Of a stretch of 64,000 bases of DNA, positions 57,810 to 64,000 are shown piece by piece. Both the position numbers and the translations under genes were made by a program. The notes under the pieces are model-generated. The model worked only from the letters and a program-made list of their open reading frames with translations. It did no database searches and was not told the DNA's origin. Position 1 is the stretch's first letter. Each line of letters begins with the position of its first letter. The DNA is from a virus, in the IMG/VR virus record IMGVR_UViG_3300027798_000035, positions 8,264 through 72,263 of that record; one strand, 5' to 3'.

Positions 57810-58606
57810 TCAAAACCCTCCAGTTGTAGTTGCTCAGCCTTGGGTTCAGTATTAAGGTTTGGCGCAGATCGTCCCATTATTTGACGGATACGAGATTTTG
57901 CGTGGGGTAGTCGGTCATCAATACTAATAAGTTCGTCATCATTAAACATATCACTATGACGACGATTAAGGAAGTATTCAGCATCATTCCTTGTAATGTC
58001 ATTAACACTGTCCGGACCAATGTTGTCAGGCATATCCTCATCAGAGATAGCGCCCCTTTGATGTAAATGATTTACTAGTCCAAGACTATGTTCTGACAAA
58101 CTGTCAGATGGTAATAAACTACTACCAAGTGCATCTCTAGTGGCGTTGTCAGCCATTCCTAGTAAATTCATTGCGGCACTTTTACCACGAAGACTGTCAC
58201 GGGCATACATAATATCTACTTCTCTACGAGCAGGTTTATGATCTATACCAAACATGACTAACTGTTCACCAGGTCTGGCGGGAACAGTACCAGTACGACT
58301 AGTAGAAGTATCATACCCAAGAGCGCCGGGGCGAAGGGGATGACGGTCAGGGACATCTGTGCGCTCTGAATCGGCAATAAGTTTGTCTTTATTAACAGTA
58401 AGACCAGTCATATGGGTATCTGTCCTACCCGGGTGTTGTACTACTTCCACAAATGCCTGTGCTACACCGTCTTCATCATGTGCAATATAAGTATTAGTAC
58501 CTGCGGTTGCATGGCTGAATTGGCTTTTGCGAATGTTGCTTTTTGTAGAGTCATGATCCATTTGATATTGTGAATGATCGCCATGTATCCGTGAGTACCT
58601 AGTCAT
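57806..58606 (-). CDS. GNAT-like paralog family member 1
   Basis: YIAHDEDG...MYARDSLRGKSAAMNL; EQLVMF, C-terminal EQLQL. Confidence 0.65.
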   Translation of the reverse strand: MTRYSRIHGDHSQYQMDHDSTKSNIRKSQFSHATAGTNTYIAHDEDGVAQAFVEVVQHPGRTDTHMTGLTVNKDKLIADSERTDVPDRHPLRPGALGYDTSTSRTGTVPARPGEQLVMFGIDHKPARREVDIMYARDSLRGKSAAMNLLGMADNATRDALGSSLLPSDSLSEHSLGLVNHLHQRGAISDEDMPDNIGPDSVNDITRNDAEYFLNRRHSDMFNDDELISIDDRLPHAKSRIRQIMGRSAPNLNTEPKAEQLQLEGFE

Positions 58607-59163
58607 TTGTTCACATCCAATGGATTAACGGCAGTCAGACCGTGACCGCCAAAGCGTACACCCTCTGCGAATACATGTGATCGCAGATTAGCGTTTGTTC
58701 CTACTACTTGGGTACCCATAAACTCATCACCCAATTGGTACTTCTGAGTACCAGGAATTCGTTCCCGTAGGCGCACAAGACCTGGTTTAGTGGGAACATT
58801 AAAGATTTTCTGATTGTCTAACAATACGGCACCCTTGCCACGGAACTGGACTGGGGTCTCTTCACCCTCAAGGTCCTCCACTGGCCTGCCCTTAACAAAC
58901 ATATTGCGGGTCTTAGCGCCATTATTATTAATAGACTGCTCTAACTGAAACTTGTCATATTGGAGGTGCGGTTGAGCCAGTTGACCAGCGGTGGTGTGCC
59001 CGAGCACCCGTTCTCCCAATACGCCCTTAGCATTTCGTACTTTGCCACCAACTGAATAGATAGGAAACCCTTGTTCCTCACTAGCGGGGCTATGTTTATG
59101 GATAGATACTTCATTGCGGTCCGTTAACTCAGACCAATCAATCATGTTTAGTTTCTGTCCCAT
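58603..59163 (-). CDS. Hypothetical protein
   Basis: TAAAAT 6 nt before ATG; coupled to the next gene. Confidence 0.65.
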   Translation of the reverse strand: MGQKLNMIDWSELTDRNEVSIHKHSPASEEQGFPIYSVGGKVRNAKGVLGERVLGHTTAGQLAQPHLQYDKFQLEQSINNNGAKTRNMFVKGRPVEDLEGEETPVQFRGKGAVLLDNQKIFNVPTKPGLVRLRERIPGTQKYQLGDEFMGTQVVGTNANLRSHVFAEGVRFGGHGLTAVNPLDVNK

Positions 59164-59185
59164 AGAACTATTTTACCTTAAATAG

Positions 59186-59314
59186 TTAGTAGATGCCCTC
59201 ACAACAGGCGTCTCTTTGCCCACAATCAACGCATTTATAGTGTGCATGCTCAGGACGCAATTCTCCGCCACAATAGACACACTGTGTGGAGGTATCGCAT
59301 TGATCAGTAGGCAT
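59186..59314 (-). CDS. Cys-rich zinc-ribbon mini-protein (42 aa), not in ORF track
   Basis: MPTDQCDTSTQCVYCGGELRPEHAHYKCVDCGQRDACCEGIY. Confidence 0.7.
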   Translation of the reverse strand: MPTDQCDTSTQCVYCGGELRPEHAHYKCVDCGQRDACCEGIY

Positions 59315-59341
59315 AATTAAGCGGCAAATTTTTACCCTTAC

Positions 59342-59737
59342 TCAGTCGTATTCGCCTATCGCGATTCGCAACGGGCTGATGTTGTGGCGGTTCGCAACGG
59401 CATCACGGATATCATCAACACCAGAAAGGTGATTGTTATATTCCGTTTTTGTCAATTTTGTTAGGTTTGGTCCACCCTTGTCACGGCCTGTCCGCAAATC
59501 ACGGATTACATTGTAGGATTGGCTAACAGACACTGGGGTACGAATATCAGCGCCCAGATAGGCTCGTTCTTTTCCTAACGCGGGATGAATCGCACGGAAG
59601 TGGTTTTCGTACAATTCAGAGCCTTCATTGAAATTATTAAAATGATTCGCCATATCCTCTACATAATCTTTTCGTTTGTCATCTAGATGGATTGCGAGTA
59701 GTCGCTGGATGCGGGGTAATTCTCTGTATCGTGCCAT
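59342..59737 (-). CDS. Hypothetical protein, paralog of 59748..60125
   Basis: GAGGAG RBS; ELPR...LDD.R...FR..H...G.DI..PV. Confidence 0.7.
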   Translation of the reverse strand: MARYRELPRIQRLLAIHLDDKRKDYVEDMANHFNNFNEGSELYENHFRAIHPALGKERAYLGADIRTPVSVSQSYNVIRDLRTGRDKGGPNLTKLTKTEYNNHLSGVDDIRDAVANRHNISPLRIAIGEYD

Positions 59738-59747
59738 GATGTTCTCC

Positions 59748-60125
59748 TCAGCGGTAGTACTTGTAAGCGTGACGGATATCGTCGCGTTGGTACTTATTGT
59801 CCTGACCTGAGTCACGATTCTGTCGGTAGTTCTGAAGCATTTCCCCTGCGTCACTCTCTTCTACGGGGTCTTCAATGTCTGAGCCAGTATCTCGGCGGTA
59901 TGGTCCTGCGATGGAGTGCGTCCCACGAAATTCTTCCTCAGCCTCACCGTTCTCAGGGTCGTCGTAATTGTCGTCGTTACCATATTCTGCTTGGTGTTCC
60001 TCCCGTGAATCGTCCAAGTATGAACTAAGAGCGGCACTCAAGCGGGGTAGTTCAGAACGGCCCTTAGGTTGGAACTGTTCGGACAGGTGTGCTGGACGCT
60101 TTGCAATTGCTTTTTTCATAGCCAT
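59748..60125 (-). CDS. Hypothetical protein with HLSEQF tag
   Basis: AAGGAG RBS; paralog of 59342..59737. Confidence 0.7.
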   Translation of the reverse strand: MAMKKAIAKRPAHLSEQFQPKGRSELPRLSAALSSYLDDSREEHQAEYGNDDNYDDPENGEAEEEFRGTHSIAGPYRRDTGSDIEDPVEESDAGEMLQNYRQNRDSGQDNKYQRDDIRHAYKYYR

Positions 60126-60151
60126 GGGAGACTCCTTATCGGGTAATGCTT

Positions 60152-60449
60152 ACTATTATATATCAGAGTTACTTGCCAGGTACAGGAGGACCGTCATTGT
60201 CCTGACTCCAGTCGTAATACGAGGCACTACTAACTGGTGGCTTAGATGCTTTTTCATTTTCAGACTTGGAGGTTATATAAGAACCTGTCAATGTCGCTCC
60301 AAGAAATAGTGCTCCTCCAATGAGCAGACCACCGTTCCCCCCAGAAGGGTATGGAATGCTGGTTCGTCCTCTGGTGGTGACTGGTCCGCCTCTAAATTGT
60401 TCGTTAGATAAGTTTCTGTGTTTTCCCATACTGACTATTATATATCAGA
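60152..60449 (-). promoter_or_regulatory. Two identical 16-bp promoter elements TCTGATATATAATAGT (60152-60167, 60434-60449)
   Basis: Exact repeat containing TATAAT; a variant TCTGATGTAAAATAAGT lies at 61306-61322. Confidence 0.7.
60169..60429 (-). CDS. Small single-TM protein with NLSNEQF tag
   Basis: TATAAT 7 nt before ATG; LLIGGALFLGATL. Confidence 0.65.
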   Translation of the reverse strand: MGKHRNLSNEQFRGGPVTTRGRTSIPYPSGGNGGLLIGGALFLGATLTGSYITSKSENEKASKPPVSSASYYDWSQDNDGPPVPGK

Positions 60450-60450
60450 A

Positions 60451-60900
60451 TTAGTTCTCGCTATAGCCAAAGTACTTTTTTGGTCTTCCGTACATATTCT
60501 TATACTTATCAGTGGTGTCATACATAGGGTTACTGTCATGGATCACGGGAATATCTACCTGATGACCTCTTTCTTCCAAATCTAAGGCAACTGAGAGGCG
60601 GTGGTGACCATTACCCATACGGAACTTAGTTGTGTGTGGGGCTGTCTCTAGGACAATATGGTTCATAACACCGTCAGTTTCAATACCATCGTGTAATCCT
60701 GAATCTATAGCCTCTCCCAGTTTCTCATTATGGAGGTCGCTGTAGGGGTAATCGCGTGGATCATCAATACCTTCATCATCAAGAAAACTGTGTAGTTTGT
60801 TCAAAATCTCATGTGGACGCATGAACATCTGCAACTGTTCAGGGTTATTGCCAGGATTTCTAGTCACTTTGGCGAATTGTTTGCTGATGTGTGCTCTCAT
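60451..60900 (-). CDS. ParB/Srx-like domain protein with HISKQF tag
   Basis: GIETDGV..I...MGNGHHRL.VA...IPV. Confidence 0.75.
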   Translation of the reverse strand: MRAHISKQFAKVTRNPGNNPEQLQMFMRPHEILNKLHSFLDDEGIDDPRDYPYSDLHNEKLGEAIDSGLHDGIETDGVMNHIVLETAPHTTKFRMGNGHHRLSVALDLEERGHQVDIPVIHDSNPMYDTTDKYKNMYGRPKKYFGYSEN

Positions 60901-61302
60901 TCAGTCACCAGGTCTTCCTGAGTACATACCCTCTGTCCCCGAGATGTATTCGTCATCATCAGGCTCGTAGGCAGTTCGGTCATAATACTTATCCTCAAAT
61001 TTTTCAGCCATATGGGTGGAGGCTGGGTGGATAGTGCGTCCCCAGTCAATAAATGACTTGGGGTAGCGGTCGTACAGGTGCTGCATGAGTGCCTGACCGT
61101 GACCCTGCCCCTCGCGGTGACTCTTTAGGTAGTCCACCTCAATGCGCGATGTTGGGTCCATCAGCGGATCGTTGTGGTGATCATATGTGACCGTCGCCAA
61201 ATGGGAACTGTCGGGGTTAGATAGGGTCAACTTATGTGAACCCTTGCCCATTTTTTCATGAATGACATGAAATTGAGTGCTCATATGGCGCATAGGATTC
61301 AT
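60901..61302 (-). CDS. GNAT-family acetyltransferase with HMSTQF tag
   Basis: IEVDYLKSHREGQGHGQALMQHL (acetyl-CoA binding Q/RxxGxG-like). Confidence 0.75.
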   Translation of the reverse strand: MNPMRHMSTQFHVIHEKMGKGSHKLTLSNPDSSHLATVTYDHHNDPLMDPTSRIEVDYLKSHREGQGHGQALMQHLYDRYPKSFIDWGRTIHPASTHMAEKFEDKYYDRTAYEPDDDEYISGTEGMYSGRPGD

Positions 61303-62069
61303 ACCACTTATTTTACATCAGAATAGGGCTACATTTGGGCGAATTAGGGGTACCCCATCTGAGCGTAGTACCCCCTCGCTCCTCAGAATAGGGCTATTTG
61401 GCAGTTGGGCAGTGCTTGGCTCCTCGCCTCTACCCCCCTACCGATTTCCCGACCCCACTTAACCATGGGGGGGTCACCCCCTGTTCCCCTGTGGGACTGT
61501 CCCCTGCTCACACGGCTAGTTGACTGAGTGGCGCGCATAAACCCCAATGAAATCAGGTGTATTTGCCCATTATGCAAAGTAGTTGCAAATGCAACAACCT
61601 CTATAAATGGGGCTACCTCGGGGCGTCGCGCGGTGGTTGGGGGATAGGGGTAGGAACTGACGCTAGGCGTCTCGTTATCCACAGATAAATCATTGTTATG
61701 ACATATCCCCTGCATATCGGTATCAAATGACCACAACACTACGGCACAGCCCATTTAAATCGCTTCTGACAGCCTCTACCCCCCTTCTGCCCCTACCACT
61801 CATTTCCTCCCTTCTAAGCCCTCAGAGGGAAAGAGAGGGCGCGCTCCGTGTACCCAAAGCCCCTGCTCAGTGGGCACTTTTTAGCCATTTCTAACCTAAC
61901 GAGTGAATATGCCCCTGTCCCGAGTCGGTACAGCCACAAAATGCCTGCATTTACCCCCATTTGAAAAGAAATCTAAAGTTTTTTTATGTGCTCTGACCAG
62001 CACTTTTGTACCAAATCCTTGGCAGACATTTGGCTCAGAGCGATATCACTTGGCATGATCTGAAGGTAA

Positions 62070-62809
62070 GGAAAACGAGCACCTGAGACATCTCACTGCT
62101 CCGACACTGAACTTTGACAAACAGCGAAAAGTGCTCAGACCGACAGGTAGTTCTGCCCCACCCAGTGGGAACGCCAGCCAGCAATACGGCGGTGAACGAA
62201 ATGCGAAAGCAACCTGAAAGTCTGCCCACCTAGTACGACTCACCACACCATGAGACCACACCTCTGATCTGACCTAGTCAGCCATCAACGGGTGTCTGTG
62301 CAGAATGAACCTCCCACCAAACGACAAGCCAGTAGCCATGACAGTTTGCCAAGGTAAGCGTTCAGTGTCCCCTCGGGGACTCGGTAGCAGACACTCAGCA
62401 GAGTAGAGACTCAAACACTCAAGCATCACAGGCTCACGCCGTGATGGTTCTCCCCAGCAGATGTTCTGCATTACGGGAGCGACCGAGATGCGCCCCAGCG
62501 ACGCTGGTGAGTGTGAGAGCGACCGCCGAGCCGATGACCACTGATGATGTTCACCAAGATCAAGTGACAAGCGAATGCACCGCCACCTGTGCCTGCTTGA
62601 GAGTCCGATGGATAACCCGAAATACAAACAACGATGTATCGGCGCCCAGCAAGCGCCAAGGTTGGCGAGCCGTTCACAAAAGATTGCAGTGCATCCAATC
62701 CCCTCGGGTGAAGCAAGGGAGGGGAGTCCACCGATCTTGGACTCATACATGATCGTCGCAATTTGGGCAGGCGCCTCGGGCGTAGGGTTTCAATCCCACC
62801 TGTCCGCCA
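62070..62809 (+). ncRNA. Putative large structured ncRNA ending in a tRNA-like domain
   Basis: No RBS-supported CDS; many hairpins and several 8-10 bp long-range complementarities; 3' end ...CCTGTCCGCCA. Confidence 0.6.
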
Positions 62810-62849
62810 TGTCCCGACTCGGGACAGTAGCAACCAAAGGAACCACCAC

Positions 62850-63605
62850 ATGAATCCAGTTGAGCAGATATTCGCAAACGCCTTTTCAATCACCACCACC
62901 AAGGAGAAGCCAGTGAAAACCACCACCAAAAAAGCCCGTACCCACACCATCAAGCCTGTCGCTGTTGAAGCGCCTGCTGTCGCTGAGATCATTGAAGCGC
63001 CCGTTGACATCGTGGCAGTCACCGCCTCGGCAGTTGCCGAAGTCATCAACTATGACGGCGCCGTTGAGAATGCCAAGTTGGCGCTCCGCTCGGCATGCAT
63101 CGCATCCAGTGTCGCCGTTGACGCTGGTGTGTCGCTCCGTACCCTTGAGGCTGAGTCAAAAGTTGCTGGCAAGAAGATCGGCAAGTCAACCTTCAGTCGC
63201 TACGCCAAGGTCGGCGCTCAGTTGATCGTTGACCCGTCGCTTGATGCCGACGACCTTCTCAACAAGGTCTACAAGGCTGAGGTCAAGGCTCGCAATCAAG
63301 CCGAAAAGGCTAAGGCAAGCAAGGCAAGCGCCGAGAGCGACACCGACAGCACCGACAGCACCGAAGCAGTGGTCGCTCTGACCCTTGCCGAGATCGTCGC
63401 TGACCTCACCGAGAATGGCGCCGAAGCCATCGGTGGCATCGTTGCCAACCTCGTCGCCTCGCTTGACGATGACCACTCAGTGTTCGCACTGCTCGCCGTG
63501 GCACTGCTTGAGGCGAGCGCCAACACGGCTCCGCTTGACGCCGACGAGACCAAGCAGGTGCTCCAAGTGTGCGCCATCACGGTCGGCGTTCAGATCGGCG
63601 CCTGA
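62850..63605 (+). CDS. Hypothetical Ala-rich protein with possible HTH
   Basis: AAAGGA RBS; GVSLRTL...IGKSTFSRY; strong C-ending codon bias. Confidence 0.75.
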   Translation: MNPVEQIFANAFSITTTKEKPVKTTTKKARTHTIKPVAVEAPAVAEIIEAPVDIVAVTASAVAEVINYDGAVENAKLALRSACIASSVAVDAGVSLRTLEAESKVAGKKIGKSTFSRYAKVGAQLIVDPSLDADDLLNKVYKAEVKARNQAEKAKASKASAESDTDSTDSTEAVVALTLAEIVADLTENGAEAIGGIVANLVASLDDDHSVFALLAVALLEASANTAPLDADETKQVLQVCAITVGVQIGA

Positions 63606-63691
63606 CCAACCTCGGGGTGGCTGTCCCGTGTCGGGACAGTCGCCCCAACCATCACTATCGCCAACCACCACCAACGCCTGAGGAGGCAACC

Positions 63692-64000
63692 ATGGACATT
63701 GACTACACCAAGACCACCACCGTGACACACAACGGCTGGGCATTCGTCAAGAACGCCCGCAACGAAAAGTTCGTATGGCTCCAGTTCACTGGTGTCCAGT
63801 CTTTGTACGACAACGAGGGCGATTACCTCTTTTTTGTTTTTGAAGGAGTCAATCCCGAAGAGTCCTTCAAGGGCAACGCCATCATCCATATTGACAATGT
63901 GCACGACATCTTCTACCTTGAAGAGCGCCCAGTGACATTGCTCGCAGAGAACACCGACATCACTGTCATCGGCTTTGACACCGTGCAGAAGTTAGATCGG
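63692..64000 (+). CDS. Hypothetical protein, partial (runs off window end)
   Basis: AGGAGG RBS; MDIDYTKTTTVTHNGWAFVKNARNEKF... open to 64000. Confidence 0.7.
   Translation, partial: MDIDYTKTTTVTHNGWAFVKNARNEKFVWLQFTGVQSLYDNEGDYLFFVFEGVNPEESFKGNAIIHIDNVHDIFYLEERPVTLLAENTDITVIGFDTVQKLDR

Larger units (their letters stand above)
61916..63638. repeat. Dispersed palindrome TGTCCCG-N3-CGGGACA (61916-61932 with 1 mismatch, 62810-62826, 63622-63638)
   Basis: Read directly; all three copies are intergenic. Confidence 0.8.

Noticed and set aside
62765-62809. Canonical tRNA or tmRNA gene
   Set aside because: No anticodon arm, and both acceptor strands are local with no tag ORF between them; kept only as a tRNA-like element
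62035-62853. Overlapping ORFs on both strands in the putative ncRNA region
   Set aside because: No RBS, atypical composition, and no codon bias like the real gene starting at 62850
1-64000. Alternative genetic code or integrase/lysogeny module
   Set aside because: Genes read intact in the standard code with all three stop codons used; no integrase in the window

Overview
This is a 64 kb segment of a tailed dsDNA bacteriophage with a contractile (myovirus/CIS-like) tail. The host is probably an Actinomycetota member; this is inferred from the leaderless-type -10/ATG arrangements and the peptidoglycan hydrolases. Almost everything from 1 to 61.3 kb is on the minus strand. In order: a replication module (family A DNA polymerase, gp32-like SSB, primase, DnaB, DnaC-like loader, HTH initiator with internal iterons), baseplate/tail/head genes, portal, accessory genes, large terminase, M15 endolysin, about 11 kb of tail-fibre-like genes, and a cassette of small effector-like genes (ART-like, GNAT-like, ParB-like). 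A strand switch follows, with about 1.5 kb lacking a credible CDS, then GC-richer plus-strand genes. Main candidates for undescribed biology: (1) a roughly 750-nt highly structured putative ncRNA (about 62070-62810) ending in a minimal tRNA-like G3:U70/CCA domain and associated with a repeated TGTCCCG-N3-CGGGACA palindrome; (2) unrelated small proteins sharing an N-terminal H-[LIM]-S-x-Q-F tag, plus a partly overlapping set carrying beta-clamp-binding-like QLxLF motifs, which suggests a tagged effector cargo system. All assignments come from reading motifs by eye; no searches were run.
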